NCBI GenBank assembly: GCA_963749075.1
Contig: CAVVLJ010000017.1
Location: 832,001 to 896,000, forward strand
DNA length: 64,000 nt
Direction: 5' to 3'
Origin: an uncultured Pseudomonadota bacterium
GTDB lineage: Bacteria > Pseudomonadota > Alphaproteobacteria > JACZXZ01
Part shown: positions 20,388 through 31,452 of the stretch, piece by piece
How the letters are laid out: the number at the start of each line of letters is the position of its first letter
Position numbering within the stretch: the stretch's first letter is position 1
Program-made: the position numbers and the translations under genes
Notes under the pieces: model-generated
What the model saw: the letters and a program-made list of their open reading frames with translations, nothing else
Told to the model about the DNA's origin: nothing
The model's database searches: none

Positions 20388-21709
20388 GTGCTGCCGGCAA
20401 ACACACGCGCCGCGGTTTTTTTGCCGCGGCGGGCGGGCTCGTGGCCACCGCCGGCCTCGGCCTCGCCGCGCGCGCGGCAACGGAAGCGCCGGCGGAGGCG
20501 AAGGGTGCGCCCTCCCCTCCTCCCTCCCCTCCTCCTTCCCCGGGCGCTGCGGCGAGCGGGAGCATGGCCGAGCCCTTCTGGGGCGAGCATCAGGGCGGCA
20601 TCGTGACGCCGGCCCAGAGCCACACCTATTTCGCCACACTCGATCTGGCGACCGCGAAGCGCGACGAGCTGGTGGAGACGCTGCGCGGCTGGACGCTCGC
20701 CGCCGCCGCCATGACCCGCGGCGAGACGGCGCGGCCCATGGGCTCGGACCTCGCGGTCGCCGGCGGCGACTCGGGCGACGCGCTCGGCATGACGCCGGCG
20801 CGGCTCACGCTGACCTTCGGCTTCGGCGCCGGGCTCTTCGTCAAGGACGGCAAGGACCGCTATGGCCTGGCGGCCAAGCGGCCCGAGGGGCTCGTCGACT
20901 TGCCCAAGTTCAACGGCGACCAGCTGGTGGCCAACCGGACGGGCGGCGACCTTTCCATCCAGGCCTGCGCCGACGATCCGCAAATAGCCTTCCACGCCGT
21001 GCGCCAGCTCGTGCGGCTGGCTTATGGTGCGGCCGAGATGCGCTGGGCGCAGAGCGGCTTCGTCGCCAACCCCGAGAGCAAGGGAACGCCGCGCAACCTC
21101 ATGGGATTCAAGGACGGGACCAACAATCCGCCCATTGCCGACGCGAATTCGATGGCGAAGGCGGTGTGGGTCGGCGAGGAGGGGGCGGAGTGGATGCGCG
21201 GCGGCAGCTACATGGTCGTGCGCCGCATCCGCATCGCCTTGGAGCACTGGGACCGCACGCCGGTCGATTTCCAGGAGGAGACCGTCGGCCGGCACAAGTA
21301 TTCCGGCGCGCCGATCGGCAAGGAGAAGGAGTTCGACGCGGCCGACCTGGATGCCGCCGACAAGGACGGCAATCCCGTCATCGCCGAGCACGCCCATCTG
21401 CGCCTGGCCGCGGCCGCGAGCAACGGCGGCTCGCAGATCCTCCGGCGCGGCTATTCCTACAACGACGGGGTCAACTTCACGGCCGAGCGCTGGCCGCCCT
21501 GGCGCCAGGGAATGGAGTATGACGCGGGCCTTCTCTTCGTCTGCTACCAGCGCGATCCGCGCACCGGCTTCATCAAGATCTTCGAGAACATGTCGAAGCT
21601 CGACATGCTCAACCAGTTCACGACCCACACCGGTGGCGGCCTCTTCGCCTGCCCCGGCGGGATGGTCGAGGGCGAATTCATCGGCCAGCGTCTCTTCGAG
21701 GCGGCATGA
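20384..21709 (+). CDS. efeB: Tat-exported DyP-type heme peroxidase (EfeB-like)
   Basis: TRRGFF Tat motif; PFWGEHQGGIVTP, GGDLSIQACADD, RNLMGFKDGTNN, ILRRGYSY, GLLFVCYQRDP. Confidence 0.88.
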   Translation: MSAAGKHTRRGFFAAAGGLVATAGLGLAARAATEAPAEAKGAPSPPPSPPPSPGAAASGSMAEPFWGEHQGGIVTPAQSHTYFATLDLATAKRDELVETLRGWTLAAAAMTRGETARPMGSDLAVAGGDSGDALGMTPARLTLTFGFGAGLFVKDGKDRYGLAAKRPEGLVDLPKFNGDQLVANRTGGDLSIQACADDPQIAFHAVRQLVRLAYGAAEMRWAQSGFVANPESKGTPRNLMGFKDGTNNPPIADANSMAKAVWVGEEGAEWMRGGSYMVVRRIRIALEHWDRTPVDFQEETVGRHKYSGAPIGKEKEFDAADLDAADKDGNPVIAEHAHLRLAAAASNGGSQILRRGYSYNDGVNFTAERWPPWRQGMEYDAGLLFVCYQRDPRTGFIKIFENMSKLDMLNQFTTHTGGGLFACPGGMVEGEFIGQRLFEAA

Positions 21710-21765
21710 CCGGAGAGGACCGCGGCGCCGCCGCGCGTCACGGCCACCAGCAAGGAGGATACGGA

Positions 21766-22137
21766 ATGAACGCCATGTCTCGCCGCCGATGCGGCGCCCT
21801 CGCCGCCGCCTTCATGCTCGCCGCCGGCGCCGGTGCTGCGCTCGGCGCCTGGTCGCCTGCGCGCGCCGACGAGGCGACGGTGATCGCGGTGACCATCGAG
21901 GGCCATCGCTTCACGCCGGCGGAGATCCACGTGCCGGCGGGCAAGCCTGCCATTCTCGAGATCGAGAACAAGGACCCGAGCGCCGAGGAGTTCGATTCGC
22001 ACGCGCTCAAGGTCGAGAAGGTGATCGCCGGCGGCACCAAGGCAAGCGTGCACCTGCGGCCGCTCGACCCGGGACGCTATCCTTTCATGGGAGAGTACCA
22101 TGAGAGTACCGCCAAGGGCGTCGTGATCGCCGAGTAG
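21766..22137 (+). CDS. Cupredoxin-domain periplasmic protein (EfeO N-terminal domain/FtrB-like)
   Basis: Signal peptide; FTPAEIHVPAGK..ENKD..AEEFDS..LKVEKVI..PGRYPFMGEYH; AAGGAGG RBS. Confidence 0.85.
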   Translation: MNAMSRRRCGALAAAFMLAAGAGAALGAWSPARADEATVIAVTIEGHRFTPAEIHVPAGKPAILEIENKDPSAEEFDSHALKVEKVIAGGTKASVHLRPLDPGRYPFMGEYHESTAKGVVIAE

Positions 22138-22145
22138 CGCGCCCC

Positions 22146-22979
22146 ATGCTCGCAGCCCTCGTCATCGTCTTCCGCGAGGTCATCGAGGCCGGCCTCATTG
22201 TCGGCGTCGTGCTCGCCGCGACCGCGGGCGTACCCGGGCGTGGCGCGCGGGTCGCCTTCGGCATCGCGGCCGGCGTTGCGGGCGCCTGTCTCGTGGCGCT
22301 CTTCGCCGGCGAGATCGCCGCACTTTTCGCGGGATCCGGCCAAGAGCTCTTCAACGCCGGCGTCCTCGCTCTCGCCGTCGGCATGCTCGCCTGGCACAAC
22401 GTCTGGATGTCGAGCCACGGCCGTGCGATGGCGCGCGAGATGCGCAGCATGGGGAAGGACATCGCCGCCGGACGGCGGCCCTTGCTGGCGCTCTCGGTGG
22501 TGGTGGGTATCGCTGTCCTGCGCGAGGGCTCCGAGATCGTGCTCTTCCTTTACGGCATCGCCGCGTCGGGCGGCACCTCGGCCATGGAGATGACGCTCGG
22601 CGGGGCGCTCGGCGTGCTCGCCGGTGCCGGGGTCTCGGCGCTCATGTATTTCGGGCTGCTCGCCATACCGGCGCGCTTCCTCTTCACGGCGACCTCCGGC
22701 CTCATCACGCTCCTCGCCGCGGGACTTGCCTCCCAGGCCGCCGCCTTCATCCAGCAGGCGGGCTACGCCGAAGTGATGTCGTCGACCGTATGGAACAGCG
22801 CCTGGCTCCTCTCGGAGGATAGCTTGATCGGCCGCCTGCTGCACACGCTCATCGGCTATTCGGACTCGCCGAGCGGCCTGCAGCTCGTGGTCTATCTCGC
22901 AACCATCGCGGTCATCCTCGTCCTGATGCGCCTCGTCCACTCCCGTCCAGCGCCCGCCCGCGAGCCGGCCGCGAGCTGA
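22146..22979 (+). CDS. FTR1-family iron permease (EfeU/FtrC-like)
   Basis: Two RExxE motifs (REVIE, REGSE); multi-TM; C-terminal LHTLIGYSDSPS. Confidence 0.9.
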   Translation: MLAALVIVFREVIEAGLIVGVVLAATAGVPGRGARVAFGIAAGVAGACLVALFAGEIAALFAGSGQELFNAGVLALAVGMLAWHNVWMSSHGRAMAREMRSMGKDIAAGRRPLLALSVVVGIAVLREGSEIVLFLYGIAASGGTSAMEMTLGGALGVLAGAGVSALMYFGLLAIPARFLFTATSGLITLLAAGLASQAAAFIQQAGYAEVMSSTVWNSAWLLSEDSLIGRLLHTLIGYSDSPSGLQLVVYLATIAVILVLMRLVHSRPAPAREPAAS

Positions 22980-23121
22980 GCGCGCCGCTCGCCGAAGGGC
23001 GTCACCCTCGCGCCCGTTTGCTCGCGCAGCTGGCACGAGTAGCTGCGGCTACCAGTGATTGCGATCACTTGCCAATCGGCGCCCTGCCGATAGAATCGCG
23101 GCGCAACAATGGGAGGCTGCC

Positions 23122-26100
23122 ATGCGTTGCCTTTGGCGCCCGGCTTCGCGACGTGGACGCTCCTCTTGGCTCACAGCCGGCGCCCTGGCACTCGTAGCAC
23201 TCTCTTGCGCGACGTGGGGCGCGAGCTCCTGCTACGCTGCGCGCAAGAATTTCGGAGGCTCGCAGAACTCCGGAACCTACGTCGAGCCGACGGCGCCCGC
23301 CCCAGCCGAGAGCGGCGAGCCGGCGGCAGCCGTAGCACCTCAGATTTCCCTCGAGCAAGCGCGCAAGATCACCTCGTCGCTCGGCGGTGAAGGCCCTCAG
23401 CTGCCGCCGCGCACCGTCTCCGACATCACCGCCGTGCTCGACCGCGAGAAGCCGGACCCGGCCAAGGTGGCGGCCGCCCGCGCCATAGCTGAGAAGGAGC
23501 CGCCAGCGGGTCTCGACGCGGCCGCCCTCGCGCGCTTCTATGCCGATCGCGGCAATGCCGCCGGGGAACTGGGACGCGCCGCCCAGGAGCTCGCCGATTT
23601 GCGCAAGGCCGTCGAGCTCTTCGAGCCGATCAGGAGCACAAAGATAGACGATTACGCGCAAACCCTGAAGGGCCTGGCGCAGACCGAGGAGCGCGTTGGC
23701 CATCTGCGGGAGAGCATCAGGCTGCACGAGAAGCTGGCCGAGTTCTCGGCCAACACGCGCGGCATCGTCGGCGGCGCCATCATCGAGTATTACAGCCTGG
23801 TCTTCGGCAATATCCAGATCGGCGACGTGACCGCGGCCGGATCCTGGCTCTCCAAGCTGCAGGCGCTCTTGACCGGCACGCCTTGGAGGGGCCGTGGGCT
23901 GACGCGCCTCAACACCTTCCGCTCGCGTTACGACGGCGCCACGGCGGCCTATCTCAACGCCCAAGGCAAATACGCCGAGGCCGAGGGCTATTTCCGCCGG
24001 GCGCTCGTCGAAAACACCACCGCGACCGAGGAGTTCGAAACATTGGGACGTGGTCCTGGCGCCGGGCGTGATGGAGACGGCCGGCGATTTCATCTTGGGC
24101 AACCTCGCCCTCAACCTGGCGCACCAAGGCCGTCTGATCGATGCGGAAATCGCCGCCCGCCGCGCACTGCTCGACCAGCTTCACATGCGCGGGCGCTACG
24201 CCAACGAGACGGCGAAAATGCTTACCACGCTGGCCTACGTGATCGCCGCACAAGGGCGCAACGCCGACGCGGAGAAGCTCGACCGCGTGGCGATCGACAC
24301 CTACCTCGCTCTCGGCCACGCACCCGACTCGCTGCCGCTCAACAGCAGCCGGCGCAATCTCGCCGCCGCCCTCGTTGCTGAAGGGCACTGGGCCGACGCG
24401 CTTGCCCAATACGACCTCATCCGCCGGGGTGCCGCCAACGACCCGGCGCAGCTTGGCAGCCTGCTCGGCCACAATCTCGACTTCGCCGTGGCCGCCCTTC
24501 ATGGCGGCCGCGGCCAGGCTGCACTGGAGGTCTCCCAGCGGGCGCTCGAGGGACGCACCCGCTTGTTCGGCGCGAAGCATTACGACACCGCCGAGGCGCG
24601 CGGCTTCCATGCCATGGCCCTCGCCGCGACGGGGAGCAAGGCGGCGGCACTTGCGGAATACGCGGCGGCCGTGCCGAGCCTCCTCCAGGCCTCGCGGCAG
24701 TCGAGCGATGACGAGAACGAGGGCACCGACCAGGACTTCCGGCTGCAGCAGATTCTCGAGGGCTATCTCGAGCTCCTCGCCGAGCCGGGGAGCGCGAGCG
24801 GCGCGGTCGCGGAGGCCTTCCGCATCGCCGATGCCGCCCGCGGCCGCACGGTGCAGAAGGCGCTCGCGGCCTCGGCCGCGCGCGCGGCGGTGGGCGATCC
24901 GGCGCTCGCCGACCTCGTGCGGCGCGAGCAGGATGCCAAGCAGCGCATCGCCGGGTCCAACGCCCTCATCTCGAACATCCTCCTCATGGCCTCCGACCAG
25001 CAGGACGCCCAGGCGGTCGAGGCCTTGCGCAAGGAGATCGACGAGCTGCGCGCCGCGCGGGCGACGATCCGCGCCGAGATCGAGAAGCGCTTTCCCGACT
25101 ACATCAATCTCATCGACCCCAAGCCGGCGACCGTCGCGGAGGCGCAGACGGCGCTCGAGCCGGGCGAGGCGCTCATCGCGACCTACGTGGGCGAGGAGCG
25201 CAGCTATGTCTGGGCGGTGCCGAAAGCAGGGCCGGTCGCCTTTGCCGCGGTGCCGCTTAAGCGCACGGAGGTCGAGGCCATGGTGGCACGCCTGCGCAAG
25301 GCGCTCGATCCCAACGCGTCGACGCTCGGCGGCATCCCGCCATTCGACGTGGCACTCGCCTACAAGCTCTATTCGCTCTTCTTGAAGCCGGTCGAGGCCG
25401 GCTGGAAGGGCGCCAAGCGGCTCCTCGTGGTGTCCCACGGCGCCCTCGCCCAGCTCCCCTTGGGCCTCCTCGTCACCTCGCCCGCGAGCCTCGAGCGCGA
25501 GAAGCCCGACGAGCCGATGTTCGCCTCCTACCGCAAGGTGCCCTGGCTGATCCGCGAGGTGGCGGTGGCGGAGCTGCCCTCGGTCGCCTCGCTCGCGGCC
25601 CTGCGCGCGGCCCGCGCGGGCAGGGAGGCGGCTAAGCCCTTCGTCGGCTTCGGCGATCCCTGGTTCAGCGCGAAAGAGGCCGCCGAGGCGCGCGCCGAGG
25701 CCAAGCCGCAGGTGGCCGCCCTCGAGAGCCGCGGCGCCCAGGCCGCACTCGCCACGCGCGGCGTGCCGATCCACCTGCGCAGCGTGCCGAGGACCGAGGC
25801 CGCCAACCAGGCCGAGCTCGCCATGCTGCCGCGGCTGCCGGAGACGGCGGAGGAGGTGCGCGAGGTGGCGGTGGCGCTCAAGGCGGATCCGCAGGCGGAC
25901 GTCTTCCTCGGCGCGCGCGCCAGCGAGAAGACCGTGAAGACGATGCGGCTCGACGACCGCCGCGTCGTCATGTTCGCCACCCACGGCCTGGTGCCGGGCG
26001 AGCTCGACGGCCTCTCGGAGCCGGCATTGGCGCTTTCGGCGCCGCAGCTCGCCGGCGGCGGCGGCGACGGCCTCCTCAAGATGAGCGACATCTTGGGCCT

Positions 26101-26467
26101 CAAGCTCAACGCCGACTGGGTGGTGCTCTCGGCCTGCAACACGGCGGCCGGCAACGGGGTCGGCGCCGAGGCGGTGTCGGGGCTCGGGCTCGCCTTCTTC
26201 TATGCCGGCACCCGGGCGCTTCTCGTGACCAACTGGCCGGTCGAGACGACCTCGGCCCGGGCGCTCACCACGACGCTCTTCCGCCGCGAGGCCGAGAGCC
26301 CGGGCCTGCCGCGCGCGGAGGCGCTGCGCGAGGCGATGCTGGCGCTGATCGACGGGCCCGGCCTCGTGGACCCGGCGCAGAAGCGGAGCCTCTTCAGCTA
26401 TGCCCACCCGATCTTCTGGGCACCCTACTCGCTCGTCGGCGAGGGCGGCGGCGCTCTCACCCATTGA
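23122..26467 (+). CDS. Signal peptide-TPR-CHAT (caspase-like) protein, split by one frameshift at ~24035
   Basis: N-terminal part in ORF 23059..24381 (signal, TPR-like helices); C-terminal part in ORF 24050..26467 with CHAT motifs FATHG, VVLSACNTA, AFFYAGTRALLVTNWPV, HPIFWAPY. Deleting one T at 24034-24035 joins the frames. Confidence 0.8.
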
Positions 26468-26534
26468 GGGGGGACGGCCCCGGGCCGCCGGCTGCGGGCT
26501 TGTCGGGACGATCCGTAGCGTGGATGATCGTGTC

Positions 26535-27218
26535 ATGAAAAACCGCCTTTGGCTTCTCACGGCCGCCCTCTTCGGCTTGGCACCGGTGATACTCCCCGCC
26601 CGGGCGGCGGAGCCGGTGGCGCTCGTCGAGAACGTCACCGGGACGGCGGCGGGCGTCGACTTCATGGAATATCTCTCCCCCGGAAAGGTGATCCGCCTCG
26701 GCGTCAAGGACGAGCTAGTGGTGGATTACTTCCATTCCTGCGTGCGCGAGACGATCACCGGCGGCACCGTCACGGTGGGCGCCGAGAGGAGCAATGTCGC
26801 GGGCGGCGCCGTGCATCGCGAGCGGGTCGAATGCGACGGCGGCCGCATGAACCTCTCCGCGCACCAGGCCGCCAACAGCGGCGTGGTGGTGTTCCGCGGT
26901 CCGCCCAAGCCGGCAGCGGGCGGCGAGGAGGCGGCGGTCGAGCGCACGCTTTACGGCCTCTCCCCGCTCGTCGATCTTCGCGGCGGCGGCGATCTGGTGA
27001 TCGAGCGGCTCGACCAGCCGGCCGACCGGCTGGTGCTCGACCTCAAGGCGGCCCAGCTCGAGCGCGGCACGTTCTACGACTTCGCCAGGCACGGCATCAG
27101 CCTGGCGGCGGGCGGCATCTATCGCGCGACCGCCCATGGCCGCAGCGTCGTCTTCAAGATCGATCCCGCAGCACGGCCGGGCGAGGCGGCTCTTGCCGGA
27201 CGGCTCCTCCAGCTCTGA
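26535..27218 (+). CDS. Secreted hypothetical protein (beta-rich, two Cys)
   Basis: Signal peptide MKNRLWLLTAALFGLAPVILPARA; co-oriented between the CHAT and CHASE2 genes. Confidence 0.75.
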   Translation: MKNRLWLLTAALFGLAPVILPARAAEPVALVENVTGTAAGVDFMEYLSPGKVIRLGVKDELVVDYFHSCVRETITGGTVTVGAERSNVAGGAVHRERVECDGGRMNLSAHQAANSGVVVFRGPPKPAAGGEEAAVERTLYGLSPLVDLRGGGDLVIERLDQPADRLVLDLKAAQLERGTFYDFARHGISLAAGGIYRATAHGRSVVFKIDPAARPGEAALAGRLLQL

Positions 27219-27240
27219 GCAGGGCACCGTCAGGAGCGCA

Positions 27241-29373
27241 TTGCGCCGGCGCGACTGGCTTGTGGCGATCGCGGCGGCGGCCATGGTCAGCATCGCCCTC
27301 AACCTCGGTTTCGGGAACCGGCTCTCCGGCACCTCGATCGATCTCCTCTTCTGGCTGCGCTATCGCCTCTTCGGCGCCCTCCACGAGCGCGATGCCTCGC
27401 CGGCCGTGATCGTGGCGATCGACGAGGAGACCTATCGTACGCCGCCCTTCGTCGACATCCCCAACGCCCTCTGGACGCAGGAGATCGCCAAGGTGCTCGA
27501 CGCCCTCGTCGCGGCGGACGCCAAAGTGGTCGGCTTCGACGCCATCTTCCCCGCCTCGATCGAGCGCTTCGTCCCCGGCTTCGACCGCCCCTTCCTCGTC
27601 TCATTGCGCAAGGCGGCGCGGTTGGACAAGGTGGTGCTGGGCGAGGCGCAGCACCAGCGCTATCCCATCCATCCCTTTCCCGCGCAGAGCTTCGCCGTCG
27701 AGAACGAGCGCAACATCCGCTCCGTCAATCTCTTCAGCGACGACGACGGCATCATCCGCCGCATTCCCTTGACGCTCGAGCGCGAGAACGCGGGCGGCGG
27801 CAGCCGCAACGAGCCCTCGATGGCGCTCGAGCTCGCCGCGCGCGCCGAGGGCGTCGAGCCCAAGGCCGGATCGCACGGCGTGCTCTCGCTCGGCGGCTAC
27901 GCCGTTCCGGGCTCGAGGCGCGACGCCATGCTGGTGAACTTCGACGGCGGCGACGACATCCCGAGCTATTCGCTCGCCGATCTCCAGGCCTGCGCCGCCC
28001 AAGGGAACGCCGCCTATTTCCGCGAGCATTTCGCGGGCAAGGTCGTGCTCATCGGCGCCGTGCTCGACGTCGAGGACCGCAAGCTCACCTCCAAGCGCCT
28101 CATCACCGCGCCCGACGCGCCGAGCACGGGCGTGCGCTGCGCGCATCAGCCGATGAGCGGGCTCTTCCGCGGCGATCTCGTGCGCGACACCATCCCCGGC
28201 GTCTATATCCTGGCGACCGCGGTCGACAATCTCCTCCGCCGCGACGCCCTCGGCGAATTCTCGCCGCTCGCCGAGACCGGTTTCGTGGCGCTCCTTGCGC
28301 TTGCCATAGCCCTCGCCACCATGCGGCTCAGGCCGCCCGCGGCCGGCGGCGCGCTCGTCCTCGGCACGGCGCTCTGGGCCGGCGTCGCCCTCCTCGCCTT
28401 CCGCGAGGATCTCGTGCTCCCGCTGCTGGCACCGCCGCTCGCCGCTGGCATCACCGCGGCCCTGCTGCTCGGCTACCGCTTCGCCGTGACCGACCGCGAG
28501 AAGCGCGTGCTCAAGAGCAGCTTCGGGCTCTATCTGGCACCGGCGCTCGTCGAGCGCATGATCGAGTCGGACCGCCTGCCCGAGCTCGGCGGCGAGTTGC
28601 GCAATGTGACGGTGCTGTTCTCCGACATCGCGGGCTTCACCGGCATCTCGGAGCGGCACACGCCCCACGAGCTCGTGGCGCTGATGAACGAGTATCTCAC
28701 CATGATGACCGACATCATCGAGGCCGAGGGCGGCTTCGTCGACAAATACGTGGGCGACGCCATCACCGCGGTGTTCGGTGCACCCCTCGACGATCCGGCG
28801 CACGCCCTGCACGCGGTGCGCGCGGCACTCGGCTGCCGCGACCGCCTCGACGAGCTCGAGCGCTTGGGCGGCGCCTTCCAGGGCGAGCGTATGCGCGCGC
28901 GCATCGGGGTCAGCACCGGCGATGCCCTCGTCGGCAACATCGGCTCGCGCCGGCGCTTCAATTACACGGCGATGGGCGACATCGTGAACCTGGCCGCACG
29001 GCTCGAGGGCGCCAACAAGATCTACGGCACCGCCGTGCTCGCCGCCGAATCGACGCGCCGGGCCGCAGGCGACGCCATCGACTGGCGCGAAATCGACCGC
29101 GTGCGCGTCATGGGTCGCGGCGAGGCCGTCTCGATCTTCGAGCCGCTGGCGATTGCCGGCGCCACCAGCCCCGAGACGTCCAGGCTCAGCGCCGCCTTCG
29201 CGGCCGCACTCGCCGAATACCGCGCCGGGCGCTTCGAGGCGGCGGCGCAGCGCTTTCAGGCGCTCGCCGCGGCGGATGCACCCGCCCGCCTCTTCGCCGC
29301 GCGCGCCAAGGCCTGGCTCGGCCTCGCCCCGCCCCAGCCGTGGGACGCGGTGACGACGCTCGAGACCAAGTGA
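27241..29373 (+). CDS. CHASE2-domain membrane adenylate/guanylate cyclase
   Basis: VIVAIDEETY, VVGFDAIF, DDDGIIRR (CHASE2); three TMs; TVLFSDIAGFT, DKYVGDA, NYTAMGDIVNLAARLEGANK. TTG start with AGGAG RBS. Confidence 0.9.
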   Translation: MRRRDWLVAIAAAAMVSIALNLGFGNRLSGTSIDLLFWLRYRLFGALHERDASPAVIVAIDEETYRTPPFVDIPNALWTQEIAKVLDALVAADAKVVGFDAIFPASIERFVPGFDRPFLVSLRKAARLDKVVLGEAQHQRYPIHPFPAQSFAVENERNIRSVNLFSDDDGIIRRIPLTLERENAGGGSRNEPSMALELAARAEGVEPKAGSHGVLSLGGYAVPGSRRDAMLVNFDGGDDIPSYSLADLQACAAQGNAAYFREHFAGKVVLIGAVLDVEDRKLTSKRLITAPDAPSTGVRCAHQPMSGLFRGDLVRDTIPGVYILATAVDNLLRRDALGEFSPLAETGFVALLALAIALATMRLRPPAAGGALVLGTALWAGVALLAFREDLVLPLLAPPLAAGITAALLLGYRFAVTDREKRVLKSSFGLYLAPALVERMIESDRLPELGGELRNVTVLFSDIAGFTGISERHTPHELVALMNEYLTMMTDIIEAEGGFVDKYVGDAITAVFGAPLDDPAHALHAVRAALGCRDRLDELERLGGAFQGERMRARIGVSTGDALVGNIGSRRRFNYTAMGDIVNLAARLEGANKIYGTAVLAAESTRRAAGDAIDWREIDRVRVMGRGEAVSIFEPLAIAGATSPETSRLSAAFAAALAEYRAGRFEAAAQRFQALAAADAPARLFAARAKAWLGLAPPQPWDAVTTLETK

Positions 29374-29411
29374 GCGAGTGATTCATATCAAACGCCTGCT
29401 ACCCTGAGCGT

Positions 29412-29469
29412 AGGTCCGTTGAGGGTGGAGAGCGGACCTGATGCGATGGCATTTCAAGGGCCGTTCGTG
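29412..29469. repeat. Palindromic element A (29412-29439) plus left half of inverted element B (29458-29469)
   Basis: AGGTCCGTTGAGGGTGGAGAGCGGACCT. Element B continues after the intron (31453-31466) and its reverse complement matches A at 19 of 26 positions. Confidence 0.7.
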
Positions 29470-31452
29470 GTAGAGTCGAGGTGTGGCGCGGTGGCTGTAG
29501 GCCGAACATATCTGTTCCCGCCCCTTTCGTCTGGCGGTGCCTCACTGGTTCGACCTTGGCTCCGTTTCCACACCCCGCTCATCGAACCGGACGTGCGGAT
29601 CTCCCGCATCCGGCTCTCGGACAAGACCTCACGCTTTCACCCACGCCACGTCGTGTCCCAGCCGGGTCAGGCGTACGAGCCCGAAGTGCCCGTAGAGGTG
29701 CGGGAGTGGATAGCTCCCGCCCTTGCGCCGCCTGACTTTGTGCTTGGAACGCAACCACCGGCGCAACCGCACAGCCGTGTAGTTGTCGAGCGCCCGGTAC
29801 GCCTTGTTGACGGTGCCTACCTGGAAGTAGTTCGCCCATCCGCGCAACGTGCGGTTCAACTTGCCCACCAGCTCCGTGGTCTCTTGCCAAGTCCCCGATC
29901 GGGCGGTCAGCACGTGGACCTTCTCCACCACGCGCTTGATGCTCTTCTTCGATGGCCGGTGACCCAGGCGTGCCTGGCCGGTCCTCGCTGAATACATCCG
30001 CCCGAACGTGTATCCCAGGAAGTCGAGCTCCCCTTCCGGTACCTTGCAGATTCGTGTCTTCTCCTCGTTGACCGTGAGTTTCAGCCGACTCATGATCTCG
30101 CGCAGTCGTTGCAAGGCCTCCTCGGCTTTGCCCTTCCTGCACAGGATCACGAGATCGTCGGCGTAGGTCACGATGCGCGTGCCGAGACTTCGCTCGAGCC
30201 CGAGCTTCTTCCACCCCAGCACGAACCGGCGCATGTAGAGATTTGCCAGCAATGGTGAGATGGGTGAGCCCTGCGGGATGCCGCGCCGGGTGTCCCGGGC
30301 TTCGGTCGTGCGTGTCTTCCGTCCTCGATCGTCGGTTTCTTCCACGGGGCATTCCAGCCACATCTTGAGCAGATGCAGCACGCGCCGATCGACGATGCGG
30401 CGCGCTACCGACTTCAACAGCTCGGCATGGGGGATGCTCCCGAAGTAGTCCGCGAGATCGGCGTCAACGACTTCCGGATGGCCACGGAACAGCAGCTCTC
30501 CCACCTCGCCTACCGCCTGTTGGGCGTTTCGCCCGGGACGGTAGGCGTATTGCTCCGGTGGAAGGCCGGCTTCGAAGATCGGTTCCAGCACCAGCATCGC
30601 TGCTGTCATGCAGACCCGATCCCGCAAGGTCGAGATGCCCAGCGGCCTGAGCTTGCCGTTGGCCTTCGGGATGAACACTCTTCTGATGGGGTCCGGCCGG
30701 TAAGTCTCCTGCCTGAGTGCAAGCACCAGTTCGCCGAGCCACCGTTGCACCCCGTATGCCTCGATGTCCGCGAAGTCCTGTCCATCCCCTCCCGGAGCGC
30801 CCTTGTTGGAGCGGCACTGGGCATAGGCGTGAGCCAGGATGTCCTCACGGCTGATCTTGTCGTACAGGGCGTAAAAGCGATAGCCGGCTTCTGCCTTCGC
30901 TTTCGCGTGCAACGCCATCTGCAGTTTCTGAACACTCTTCGGAGTTGATAGGTTGCCCAATCTCCAGGTCCCTCACCGCGTATTGCGTCTGTCTTGAACT
31001 GAGGCCCCTTCCCTCCACCGGCGTTACCCGGCTTCAGCGGTACTACGAACCTCTCCGCCACCCCACGGCGCCCGGCCTGTCCCTCGCGGGCGTCCGGTTG
31101 GTCATCCCTGACCACGCCTTGGAGCTTCCCGTGTTGCGTACGCTTTCCTTGTGTACATGCTGCCGCCACTACCCCGGTGCAGCGCCTGGCCGTAGGTTTC
31201 GCTCATTCACCCAGGCGTATCAGCCTTCCCCGAAAGGGTCGTCGGGTTGGCCTGCACATCGTCCTTTTCGAGGCTTGCTCGGCGTTTACTCGCGTTGCGG
31301 CCTGCACACTCGCGCGGTCACCAATTCGTGACCCGCTATCCGAAGGCTTCAGCCATTTCGTTGCCTCCATGACTGCTCCGATTGCTTCCGGCTGGAGCGC
31401 TTGCCGGGTGGGACTTGCACCCACTGGAAAGCGCCGCCTTGTCACGGCGCAC
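29470..31452 (-). mobile_element. Group II intron (IIB-type, non-IIC), apparently complete
   Basis: 5' GTGCG at 31452; domain V GAGCCGGATGCGGGAGATCCGCACGTCCGGTTC (29616-29584, AGC triad); 3' end ..CTCGACTCTAC at 29470; RT ORF ends just before domain V. Confidence 0.92.
29629..30960 (-). CDS. ltrA: Group II intron reverse transcriptase/maturase, no endonuclease domain
   Basis: [44 protein letters not shown], maturase LRGWANYF. Confidence 0.95.
   Translation of the reverse strand: MGNLSTPKSVQKLQMALHAKAKAEAGYRFYALYDKISREDILAHAYAQCRSNKGAPGGDGQDFADIEAYGVQRWLGELVLALRQETYRPDPIRRVFIPKANGKLRPLGISTLRDRVCMTAAMLVLEPIFEAGLPPEQYAYRPGRNAQQAVGEVGELLFRGHPEVVDADLADYFGSIPHAELLKSVARRIVDRRVLHLLKMWLECPVEETDDRGRKTRTTEARDTRRGIPQGSPISPLLANLYMRRFVLGWKKLGLERSLGTRIVTYADDLVILCRKGKAEEALQRLREIMSRLKLTVNEEKTRICKVPEGELDFLGYTFGRMYSARTGQARLGHRPSKKSIKRVVEKVHVLTARSGTWQETTELVGKLNRTLRGWANYFQVGTVNKAYRALDNYTAVRLRRWLRSKHKVRRRKGGSYPLPHLYGHFGLVRLTRLGHDVAWVKA

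Noticed and set aside
20509-20541. CT-rich tract in the DyP gene
   Set aside because: Encodes a [11 protein letters not shown] linker after the Tat signal; no evidence of phase variation.
29419-29991. 190-aa plus-strand ORF across the intron 3' end (also 30945..31331, 31177..31503)
   Set aside because: Antisense readings of intron RNA and RT sequence.
29629-30960. RT as a retron, DGR or defence RT
   Set aside because: It has a maturase domain and sits within clear group II intron RNA boundaries with domain V.
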